DNA from: Octopus sinensis
Lineage: Eukaryota
Assembly: GCF_006345805.1 (NCBI RefSeq)
Contig: NC_043015.1
Location: forward strand, 31,372,001-31,436,000
Direction of reading: 5' to 3'
Length of the DNA: 64,000 nucleotides
Shown here: positions 36,301 to 47,697 of the stretch, in pieces
Numbering within the stretch: the stretch's first letter is position 1
Layout of the letters: every line of letters starts with the position of its first letter
Made by a program: the position numbers and the translations under genes
The notes under the pieces: generated by a model
Seen by the model: the letters and a program-made list of their open reading frames with translations, nothing else
Told to the model about the DNA's origin: nothing
The model's database searches: none

Positions 36301-39300
36301 GAATTTAGATTAATGAAATAAGGAATGATTTATGTAAACGGATTTTTTTCGGTTTGAATGACAGTTTTTAACATAATTGCTAGGTAACTAAAAAATGTTA
36401 AACTTCGTATACTGGTAGAATGTGTTTATAAAACATCTTTTTCTCTTGGCTTTATTGAGAACCAATCAATGACTGTCTATTGAGGTGAAAACATTCTGTG
36501 CCGTATGAATATGTCCCTCATTTAGGAAACAGATTGGGTTTATTTACATGTGTGAAGAAAAAAAGATACCCTTCCTCCCACCCCTAACCCTAAAACAGAT
36601 TGAAATGCAATAGATCAATAGTAGGGTCATAATTATGGGTGACAGTTTCATATGACACCACTAGAAAAAAACTGCCATTCCAACCGAAAAGATCCACGTA
36701 AACGTATTTTGAATTAAACTTTATCTTTTCAGCATGGTGTCAAAGTATTGACAATGTGAAATGGGTATAATATTTAATGAAAAAGATAAGAGAAGTCTCT
36801 GATCTTCGTTTAAAAGCAAGGTGACATTGCAGTCCTGTTTTGATGTTATTGAATATCAGCAAAGCATAACCAAACTTGATTGAGCAATGGATAATTTGTA
36901 CATTAAATAACATTCATCAGGATTTGCAGGTGGGGGAAGGGCAGTATACTTCAAGAGTGCCTCATGGTATGAATTTAAATAAAGGCACTCCTATCTGTCA
37001 CCTTATCTGCCAACAAAGGTTTTACCCTGCTAGTATAAACGGGGACTCACTGTTCTAAATGTATTGCGGAAAAAAATTTGAGATGGTTGTATGGTAAGAA
37101 GTTTGTTTCCAAAACATAGTCTTTGTGGCACCTTGGGCAAATGTCTTCTACTATAATGACAAAATGTATTGTGAGTGAAATAGGTAGACAGAAACTGAAA
37201 GAAGCCTGTCAATATATATGTGTGTTTGTCTGTCCATCACCACTTGACAACCAGCGTTGGGTGTGTTCACATCCCTGTAACTTAGTGGTTTGACGTTAAG
37301 AGACTGATAGAATAAGTCCTGCGGTTGCTTTGTTTGACTAAAAATCCCTTCAAGGCTGTGCTCCATTATGGCTGCAGACAAATGACTCAAAAGTAAAGGA
37401 ATAAAAGAATGTGTATAGGATTGTATGTTTGTTACCCTCTCCTTGTCTTGAGATGATGGTTGTAAACAAGTGTCACTCATGCAAGAGGTTTCCTTCATTT
37501 TCAATCTGCTCTGAAGGTTGGTGACAGGAAGGGCATCCAGACAAAATTTGCTTCAACAAATTCCATTTGACCCATGTCACTCACTTTGCTTGAAACAAGA
37601 GCCAATCTTCCTCAAATCACACAGTCTTTAAGAAAAACGACATGCCTTTATTTGATTATTTTGTTTAATGCCTTTTTTCCAATGCTAATGTGGCTTGGAC
37701 AGTAATTGACTTTGAGGCAGGATTTTATATCCAAATGCTGTTCCTGTTGCCAGCCCTTCTTGTTTTTCCAATTCCCTGCTCTTTATATTCGACAAGTCTC
37801 TGAAAGTACTGGACAACCAGTTGCCCTTAGATCAAATGAACTGGATAACAACACTAATAAATGATTTTACAGGCTTAAAATGTAAACAAATGGAATAAAC
37901 TAAAGATGATTTTGAGTGAGAAAGAAAACAGGAGAAAATGATCAAATTTATGTTCTAAGTTCAAATTCTGCTTCACATCTACTTTGGCTTTCACAGTTTC
38001 CGAGGTTGATAAAACAGATACCAGTTGAGCACTAGTATTAATGTGATTGACTATCCCACTTCTCCACAATTTCAGTCCTTGTGCTTAATAGTAGAACATA
38101 AAAAATAACAGAGATGGCAGATGCTACAAGAGTGGCTGACAATCAAAGCAAAGTGCGATGAAATGTGTATAAGGTAAACTTAGGGGTTATTTCTCTTAAA
38201 CACAAAATTAAGTTTTGATTCAATGGATATTCAGCACTAATGAATACGCCTTTCCTTGTATTAGTCCTTTAAATTGATGGTTTGCTTTATATATATATAA
38301 AACATGGAATTTATATTTTATTATATTCCTAATCTAGAAATGCGTTCGTAAACGACCGTTAGACTTTGTTTTCGTTATTTCTTCCTTAAGGGATATATTG
38401 TATGTGGAGTCTCATTTGTAGAAAATAGACATAAACAGTCTTTGACTGCTATTTCTAATTTTTTCGGTATGTGGCTAAGCAACCTGTTGCCTGTCTCTTA
38501 TTTATTTACAAAAATATATATTGAACTTTTATAGAAGTTCCTACCGTTAATGGTGATACTTACATGCCGAAATCTACCAGTAAATAATTGTTGGTTTTTT
38601 TAAAAACCATTAAAGATATTATTTACTCTTATGTGTGTGTCTATATACACACATATATATGTCATCATCACCATTTAATGTCCACTTTTCCAAGCTTGCA
38701 TATATTGGATGGAGTTTATTTGCAGTAGTTTTTCTACTCACCCGTTTCCAAGCAAGGTGATATTTCCCCATGACCAGACATGCAATCCCAGGATATTGGA
38801 AATGAATGTTGTTACTAGTATGACAGTATTACAGTGTCAAGACAAGATGACCCCCAAATAATACATATTCGCTCACACACATGATGAGCTTCTTTCAGTT
38901 TCTGTCTGTCAACTTCCACTAAAGGACTATACTAGAAGTTTAAGGTGTCACAGTGGGACTGAACCCAAAACCAATGTGGTTGTGAAGCAAACTTCACAGT
39001 CACACCTGATGTATGTGTGTGTATGTTTGCCATTCAGTTTTATTTCAAAATTTCTTGCCAATAGAGAAAGAGCTGCTCTCTAACCTAGATCCAAGTCTCC
39101 TTCATTGGAATTTCAACATCGTCAACAGCATATTTTTTTGTATACATGCATAACTATGTTTTGTTTTATTTATCTATTTTCATGCATGTAATTGCATATC
39201 TAGACATGCTCATCTATACTTAAATGATAAACTTATAGAAAGTTTTACAGAATTGTACAGTTCCAGTGATTGATTGAATCACTTTCTCCTTTCTGGTTTT

Positions 39301-39617
39301 GAGAAGCCTAATGTTTCAAGATTGGTATTTAGGCAGTGGGTTACATATCCCAGTACCCCAATAATTACAGGTATAAATCTGAACTTGTAATTTGGATAGA
39401 GTAACTGCAAATTTATTAATATTTCAGCGTGTATGTACGTGTGTGTGTTGGTGGGTAGGTAGGTAGATGGATAAATGTAAATATGACTGTGATGAAGAAA
39501 ATCGTACTCGCATGTGGATTCACTCCCACTATGTGGTGCCTTGGACAGGTGTCTTCTAGTGTCACCCCAGGCCAACCAATGCCTTGTGAGTAAATTTGGT
39601 TGTCAGAAACTGTATTA

Positions 39618-40257
39618 CCATAAATCCTTGAGTATAATACGCAGGAGATCTTTAGGGGGCTGTACCTCTGAAAAACCTAAACCTTGTATATAATGCGCAC
39701 CACTTCTCTAACCTGAGTCAAGGAAGTCTATATAATGTCCTTGGTTTGTAAAAATGTATACAGTAACGTCCTCTATTATTATTGCATATATATATAACAC
39801 AGTGGTTTTCAACCAGGGTTCCACAAGAAGTTACAAAACTGCTAAAATCGGCAGTAATCTTTAATTCTGTGCAGATATGTGTGCATAAGACTATTAAATT
39901 ATTGCACGGGGGTTCCTTGAGCCAGTGGAATGTTTCCTTGGGGTTCCGCTCCAGCAAAAATGTTGAAAAGCACTGATATAACAATGCAAACATGTAGAAT
40001 TTTTGTGCATTTTGTTTGCAGAAAATAAAGAAATAACGTTTAATAAATGTTGCTTACTGCAAGTTATGGATCATTTAAGGTATTTTCACGCCCGACATCA
40101 CAAAATGCGTCTGAATAAACATTGCCCGACAGCAAATAGAGACTTGAACATTGCTTAGAAAATAATTTCCATTTTTAACCTCATCTATAATATGCACTAG
40201 GGATTTTGACCTTTAAATTTTGGGGGAAAAATGCGGATTATACTCAAGGATTTACGG
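39618..40257. mobile_element. pogo/Tigger-like MITE
   Basis: TA|CCATAAATCCTTGAGTATAAT...ATTATACTCAAGGATTTACGG|TA: 21-bp TIR with 1 mismatch and TA TSD. Confidence 0.8.
39800..39975. mobile_element. hAT MITE nested in the pogo-like MITE
   Basis: TIR CAGTGGTTTTCAAC/GTTGAAAAGCACTG; perfect 8-bp TSD ATATAACA. Confidence 0.85.
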
Positions 40258-41503
40258 TAGGCCCATTATGTATGTATATGTATAAGTATGTATCATCATT
40301 ATTTAATAGCTTGTCTTTCATGCTGGCATGGGTTGGATAATTCAAAATCTGATGAGTTGGAGGACTGCATCATACACCAATGTTTATTTGGCCAACCACT
40401 TAATAGAATATACCAGGTGCTTTTTTTGTGGCACTAGCGAAGAGTACTTTGTAACTTGCAATGCTGAAAACCTAAAGTGACTGAGGGCAAGCAGAAGAGA
40501 GTGGGTGCAATGACTTGGAGTGGGGGGGGGGGTAAATAAGATGAGAGGAATATATTTGTAGTTATCATAGGGTGGTGATGGTGGAAAGAATAACAGTTGT
40601 AAGGCAGTCAGTAATTGGAGGAGGGAGTATGGTAAGGAACAGGGGGAAAGTGAAGGTATTAGTATTAGGGGTTATTGAGGAAAAGGGAAGAACAGCATAG
40701 AAAGGAGATTTGATGGATTGTGTTGTGGAGATAAGGAGCTATTGTACATTGTAAAGATATGAAGGAAAGGAACAATGAACTAGGGTGGAAAAGAATCCTG
40801 TGATAGTCAATGAAAGAAACAAAGAAAGATGTTGGGGGTAGATCAGGGGGGGAGAAGAGGATGTTTAGGGGGTGGTTGTGAGACAAAAGTGCAGTGAAAC
40901 AACAAAGGAAATGGAAGCTGGAAGTGGGGCACCATAGTGGTAGGCAGAAGGAGAAAAGCTGAGTGTGGATGCCATAATGTATGTATATATACTCCCAACC
41001 ACATGGTTCTGGGTTCAGTCCTACTTTATGGCACCTTCTACCATAGCCTTGGGCCAACCAAAGCCTTGTGAGCAGATTTGGTAGATGGAAACTGAAAGAA
41101 GCCTGTCATATACACTTGTCCCACATTATTTGGCAAATCAACCTTCACTCAATAAATAAATCTATATTCATTCAAAACCAGTTGTTTTCCCACCGACTGT
41201 TCGCAACACCTATCTGTGCACATTCTGTTAAAATATCAGGAATCTTGCAACACAAATTCCTAAACATATATATATTCTTTTATTCATTTACTTATTTCAG
41301 TCATTTTGACTGTGGCCATGCTGGAGCATTGCTTTAAAGAGTTTTAGCTGATGAAATCAATCCCAGGACTTATTCTTTGTGAGCCTAGTACTTACCCTAT
41401 CAGTCTCTTTTGCTAAACCACTAAGTTACAGGGACATAAACACACCAATATTGGTTGTCAAGTGATGGTGGGGGAGCAACATGCACATAAATATATACAT
41501 ATA

Positions 41504-41812
41504 CACTGCATCCCACATTATTAGGCAAATCAACCTTCTCTCAATAAATAAATGTACATTCATTCAAAACCAGTTGATTTCCCTCTCACTGTTGGCAACA
41601 CCTATCTGTGAACATTCTGTTAAAATAAATCAGATCTGTGCAGACAAAAACAAACAACGGCCATTATGGGTCAGAAACGTGATCTTACCTCAAATGAGAA
41701 GTCTACCATCATGTCAGAGCTTTGAAAAGGAAAAACAACCATAGAAATATCAAAAATACTGGGAAGAGATCACCAAACAGTGAAGAAATTTGTGCAGTCT
41801 CCTATTCCTGTC
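41504..41812 (+). mobile_element. Tc1-like element 5' end
   Basis: TA|CACTG start; MGQKRDLTSNEKSTIMSEL*KGKTTIEISKILGRDHQTVKKFV HTH from 41666. The 5' end is duplicated at about 41113-41250. Confidence 0.7.
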
Positions 41813-41814
41813 TT

Positions 41815-42242
41815 GGACCTTTGCAGGATTGTCGCTTCGTCGGATGACGATTGTGGAGAGAAGGAGAACGAGGTGCCTAGCCTGAGAAGATCTCAACGCG
41901 CAAGGAACCCTCCCGGTTGGATGGTGGACTTCAACGTCGAGTAGAGAGAATGTGATCTTTAAGATCAGGGTGGCATGTGGAATGACGTCAGCAGCTGGGG
42001 AGCTGACCAGAAGAGGAAGGGGGTAGGAGTGACGTGCATGCAAGCAGGGCACTATTGGGCCTTTTCAATTGAGGTAGCCGACAGAGTTGGATGTGTGAGC
42101 ACTTTGTCAAGGTAGGGGAAAAGCAGTTGCTATTTCTAGCGTTCGGGTCGGGCCATGTGGAAGGGCGCAATACCACTGGGGAGGTCTCCGTTGACAAAGA
42201 GAAGGTAGGTGTCCTTATTTCAAATCTCCTGCATACACCACA
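41815..42242 (+). mobile_element. Gypsy-type LTR retrotransposon 3' fragment: integrase tail plus LTR (41976-42242)
   Basis: LRRSQRARNPPGWMVDF* resembles the typical integrase-tail motif. A purine-rich PPT-like stretch follows, then an LTR bounded by TGTGG...CCACA. Confidence 0.7.
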
Positions 42243-42990
42243 CATTTCTCCACTGGAGAAGATTGGAAGGAGTCCTTTCTGCAATAAGGACACATATTTA
42301 TCTGAGTTTATGTTGCCCTGACACTCCACCAGCTCTGATCAACCATTGTACCAAATTGTTCTCCAGAGCATCACAGAATAACTGCCGTGTTTCATTGTTG
42401 GCTGCAATCTTTTCACATCAAATTCTTCATCACAGTCTCCAGACCCACACTCAACCACTGTCAGGAAATACAGGAAATCTGAACACATCAGAGAATATGA
42501 CCCTCCCCAAATGCTAGTGACCTCTCCACCATCTCACTGGCCCAATCTTTTCTCCACTTGATGTTGGCTGGTTGAAGAAGTGGCTTCCTTCCTTCTGCTC
42601 TGCCATTGTAACCAAGTATGTAGAGATACCTGATAGCTGTTCTGGGACTGACATCAATGTGTTCTGCTATGTCAGAGGCCTTGCAATGAGGATTATCCAC
42701 CACACTTCTTTTAACAAAGAGAAGGGTCCTGCTAAGAGGGCTCTGGGTGAGGTGATATGGATTCCTTCCCCTCTTTCGTGAATTGCACAATCACTCTATT
42801 AACTGTAGAAAGCAGGATCCCATGGTTTTCTGCAATTTTATGCTATGTCCACTTTCAGAATGACCCACAATATGGCATCTTTGAAATTCAGAGAGTTCCA
42901 AGATTTCTTTTGTACACAACATAATTAAACAGTCACATATAGAACCTGAAACATAAGTGATGTTTTATGGGGTGTTTATTTACTCTGGTG
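42243..42990 (-). mobile_element. Tc1-like transposase remnant
   Basis: RKRGRNP...DIAEHIDVSPRTAIRYL..LGY...RKPLL..ANIKWRKDWA and ECQGNINSDKYVSLLQKGLLP; broken off by the LTR. Confidence 0.8.
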
Positions 42991-43376
42991 TGTGTATATA
43001 TATATATATCCCTGATGAAAAGGATTCGCTTGCAAGAGTCCTGTGCCAGGGCCATGTAAAAGACCCTCTTGCCAGTGTCACATCAAAAGCACTCAGTACA
43101 CACTGTAAAGTGGTTGGCACTAGGAAGGGCACCCAGCTGTAGTAACCAAGCCGAAGCAGATCAGAACTTGGTGCAGCTTTCCAGCTCTGGTCAAATCATC
43201 CAACCCATGCCAGCATGGAAAATGGATGTTAAATGATGATGATGATGATGAGGTATGTATTAATTAATGAGTAAAAATGAGAGGGACAAGTTTTAACAAA
43301 CGCATTATTAATATAACATTTGAAAGGAAGGGGGTCTTTGATATTTCAGAAAAAAGGAGAGAAAAGAAAGACGTGG

Positions 43377-43410
<34 letters not shown>

Positions 43411-43724
43411 TTTATAATTAGGGTTCAGCAAAGATTTGCTTTACCACATACTGAAGTTTAGAAATAGCAGCCAAAGAACCTTAGCTATTTCTTAGCTACT
43501 TTAAGAAGAGACTCCCGGACAAAACAAAATCTTTGCTGAACCCTAATTATAAAATATTGCTTAAATTTACCGAGAAATGCTCCTTTTTCATGCCGAATTC
43601 TACTTGGTGAGATTATTGATTACTGGTTAATTAATTAATTTTACCCTTTGTTATTATTGATTATATATATATATATGCATGTCTGTATTTTGAGCCTTTT
43701 GATTGGTGATATGCACAGCTAACC

Positions 43725-44100
43725 AACCACATGGTTCCGGGTTCAGTCCCACTGCGTGGCATCTTCGGCAAGTGTCTTCTGCTATAGCCCCGGGCCGACC
43801 AAAGCCTTGTGAGTGGATTTGGTAGACGGAAACTGAAAGAAGCCTGTCGTATATATGTATATATATGTGTGTGTGTGTGGGTTTGTGTGTCTGTGTTTGT
43901 CCCCCTAGCATTGCTTGACAACCGATGCTGGTGTGTTTACATCCCCGTCACTTAGTGGTTCGGCAAAAGAGACCGATAGAATAAGTACTGGGCTTACAAA
44001 AGAATAAGTCCTGGAGTCGATTTGCTCGACTAAAGGCGGTGCTCCAGCATGGCTGCAGTCAAATGACTGAAACAAGTAAAAGAGTAAAAGAGAGTAAAGA
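43725..44100 (+). mobile_element. Abundant SINE-like repeat, well-preserved copy
   Basis: Near-identical to the inverted copy at 60820-61206; further decayed copies throughout the window. Confidence 0.75.
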
Positions 44101-45228
44101 GAGCTTGAGAAGACCTGCCAACTTTGTTGAGTTTCTGGATGAATGATGTGTACACACTAGGCCTCTTGCCCAATTTTTCCCTGTCACGCTTGCCCCATTA
44201 ACTTATCACTGACCCCTCAATTACTTCTCTTACTGCTACAGCTTTCAGTTACTATCATTAAATGAGAACAGAACTATGTTTCACCATCCCTTTTTACCTA
44301 TGTTTATATCCTTCACTGATATACATCAGTGAATTGCATGCACACACACACACACACACCCATTGTGGTTGTGTGGTAAGAAGCTTGCTTCCCAACCACC
44401 TTGTTCAAGGTTCAGTCCCACTGCGTGGCACCTTTGGCAAGTGTCTTCTACAATAGCCTCAGGCTAACCAAAGACTTGTGAGTGGATTTGTGCTACAGTG
44501 CAATGTTATGCATCCTATTCAAATTTTAAAGGCTTAAAATTATTTCCTTATAGAAGCAGGTTAATTTTTCTTCTCATTTCTAAAATTCTTTATTGATTTT
44601 AGTTTTTAGCTAATTACTAGTGGGTGTGGGGGAGGACATCAGTTCTAAAATGGAAGAAATGTTGGTATTTCTTTCATGTATTTTTTGACTACTTTTTAAG
44701 ACCGCTTCTTTTTGTAAATTGCTGATCTTATTTTTTTGAGAAATAAAATAAATTTTGTCGGGTCTAGGAAAAGTCATTATACCAATATCATTAAGTGTCA
44801 TTTTGTAGTTATGTGTCGTGTGTCAATTTATATGTGTGCAAACTCTCCCACTTTAAAAAAAGAATTTTTTTAGCCTATTAGATTCAGATATAATCTTCGT
44901 ACAGCATCTGAAAGATATTTGTAGAAAAAACCCATTTTTCTGAAAGTTATGAAGGAATATCTTACAAGACAGATACAAAGAACGAAGTAAAATAAAATAA
45001 AGTTTTAATGTATATTTTCATTAGTTTATATTACATCCTTTATTTACATGAAATAATGGGGCATGTGCCATCACTTGTTTCTTACGCAATTACGTTTTTT
45101 AAGGACAATTTACTTTCACTTTTTTACGACGGTGAACTGCATTGTTAATTTATACACACACACACACAGTTGTCCAATGTGCAGAAAAACTGAGTAACGA
45201 CGGCATGAATAGTTAATTTGGATCTTTT

Positions 45229-45462
45229 CACGGATCTTTGACCGGCAGATTTTTAAAAGAATTTCATTGTAACTAAACACTTTTAAGCTTCGTATACTGG
45301 AAGAATGTGTTTATAAAACATCTTTCAAACTACAGAATTTTCTCAAGAAAGCCAAGAGAAAAATATGTTTTATGTAACACACTACCAGTATACGAAGTTT
45401 AAAAGTGTTTAGTTACGTGGGAATTATTTTAAAAATCTGTCGGTCAAAGCGAAAAGATCCGT
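45229..45462. mobile_element. MITE with ~90-bp TIRs
   Basis: acggatctttgaccggcagatttttaaaa...cttcgtatactgg is mirrored by ccagtatacgaag...ttttaaaaatctgtcggtcaaag...agatccgt. A related remnant lies near 36340-36460. Confidence 0.7.
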
Positions 45463-46589
45463 CAGTTTCGAATTCCTCAAAGCTATGAGGAAAAAAAGTC
45501 GCGTGAATTTTCCGAAACTCCTCTCCCCACCGCCTCGGAAAAATTCTTTCCAACAAATCTCCGTATACTCTGAATCTACAACATCTAAACGGTATTTGTT
45601 GAAAATTTCATTAAAAAGTATCCATTTTCGGGAAATTACGAGGCATCAAATTTGGTGGGGTACACATCTGTAGGAATGCCTTAATAAGAAAACATCCGTA
45701 GACACAGCGAGTAATAATTTTTCTGGAATTTGGTCATCCAAATGCACACACGAGTGAGTGCTGGACATCCCTATACAAATGTGCCCACCTCGCACGATTT
45801 TGCTTCATCATAACTTCCAGAAAAATGGATATTTTTAATGAGCTTTCCTACAAATACACTTCAGATTTTGTAGATTTCGATTGCACCGGAATTTGTCGCG
45901 AAAATGTTTTTCCAAGGGTCGCGAGAAGGGTTTCGCCAAATTCACAGAAGTGGGCTTTGTTTCCTCATAGCTTTCAGAAAAATGGATATTTTTTTTATGA
46001 AATTTTCTACAAATACCTATCCGATGGTGTAGATTATTACCATTGTACCAGAATTTAATAAGAAAAATAAAATTATTGGGCTTGCACACATACATACTGA
46101 CTCCCACACCTTTTTTTCCGAAATTTCAAGTTTCATTTTGTAGTTATATGTCGTGTGTCAGTTTGTATGTGTGCAAGTTCTCTGTCTCTCTCTCTTTTTT
46201 TGCCTATTAAATTCCGACATAATCTTCGTACAGCATTTGAAAGATATTTGTAGAAAAATTTCATTAGAAAATACCCATTTTTCTGAAAGTTATGAAGAAA
46301 CAAGGCCGAATTGCGAGAATTTTCCGAAACACTTCTATCCACTCTTGGAAAAAGAATTTTCATTACAAATTCCGATATAATCGGAATCTACGCTGTCTGA
46401 AGCATATTTATTGAAAATTTCATTAAAAAAAATCCATTTTTTTGGAAGTTGCGAAGAAACAACATCGAGCGAGTTTTCACCGCAATTGTCCAACAAATGG
46501 GAACATGAAACTCTGAGTAACAGCTTTTGGGATAAATTTGCAGCGTTAAGAGCATATCACTCTACCTTTGGTATTCGAGTACTATTTTT

Positions 46590-46599
46590 TTCGTGTGTG

Positions 46600-46642
<43 letters not shown>

Positions 46643-46644
46643 CA

Positions 46645-46686
<42 letters not shown>

Positions 46687-47010
46687 GTGTATATGTATAT
46701 GTATACGGGTATATGAATACACGCGTGTTTATATATATATACACACATATATATATATACATATACACACAGATATATATATATATACACACACACACGT
46801 GTATATATATATATATATATACATACACATACACGTGTATATATATATATGTATACGGATATATGAACACACACGCGTGTATATATATATACACCTGTAT
46901 ATGAACATACACATACGTATATACGTGTGTATACACACATATATACATTTATAAGTGTGTGTATACAACACATATACGTATATAAGCGTGTGTATACACA
47001 CACAGAGTCA
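46590..47010. repeat. Compound (TA)n/(CA)n microsatellite
   Basis: Visible directly; it explains the overlapping Y/I/H/T-rich pseudo-ORFs. A similar tract lies at 10220-10440. Confidence 0.95.
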
Positions 47011-47019
47011 AGCATACGA

Positions 47020-47420
47020 CAGCTTGTGCAAGCGGAGGGAAGGGGGCGGTGGTTGTGGAAACCGCAGCGAAGTTAACGTCTGCTGCCGATAGCGACATCT
47101 AGCGGAAGGCGCCAATCTAAAAAATGTGATGGCGGCCTTCTGACTGAGTCTCAGACTTCTGCTGAATCTTTAAACTTCCTTTTTCTTCCCCTTTTTTCTC
47201 TGCGGAAAGTGGCCCCCTGCCCCCCCGGAATTTGCCAGAAAAACACACAGCCTCGTTGGCGGCTTTCTCTTCGGCACTGGTATAAGAAATTAGCAAAAAG
47301 GAAGGCAAGAGAGCGAGCGAGGTAGGCGAGAGAGAGAGATAGGAGAGATCGGAGAGAGAGAGAAGCAAAAAGGGGAGAAAGGTCCATCCTCTCAAAGACA
47401 CCCCAGTATTATTAAGTTGG
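47020..47420 (+). promoter_or_regulatory. Probable RNF168 promoter / 5' UTR
   Basis: GC/CpG-rich island just upstream of the ATG, with ETS-like GCGGAAG near 47102 and YY1-like GATGGCGGC near 47129. Confidence 0.5.
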
Positions 47421-47697
47421 ATGGAGAACTATACGTGTCCGATTTGCATCAATCTTCTCATCGAGCCTGTAACGTTGCCATGCAAACACGAGTTGTGTCT
47501 TCCGTGTTTCCAACAGAACTTCGAAGAGTCCCTATGTTGCCCGATGTGCCGCACCCGGATCTCTTCCTGGGTGAGAAAACAGAGCAAAACCAAGAAACTT
47601 GTCAACGAAAAAAGATGGAAAGAAATCAAAACTTTATTTCCCGAAAAGGTTCGACTTCGCCAAGAAGGATTCGAGGAAGATTCCGAAATAGATCAAA
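47421..47697 (+). CDS. RNF168: RNF168-like exon 1 (RING finger)
   Basis: RING motif; donor gttagt at 47698. Confidence 0.92.

Noticed and set aside
46485-46590. Penelope-type hammerhead ribozyme-like remnant (inverted relative near 59420-59510)
   Set aside because: The GAAAC side is present but the CTGANGA core is absent, so it is not a functional ribozyme.
46557-47015. Long overlapping ORFs rich in Y/I/V/C/H/T (also 10119-10658 and 48041-48900)
   Set aside because: These are translations of TA/CA microsatellites and a minisatellite.
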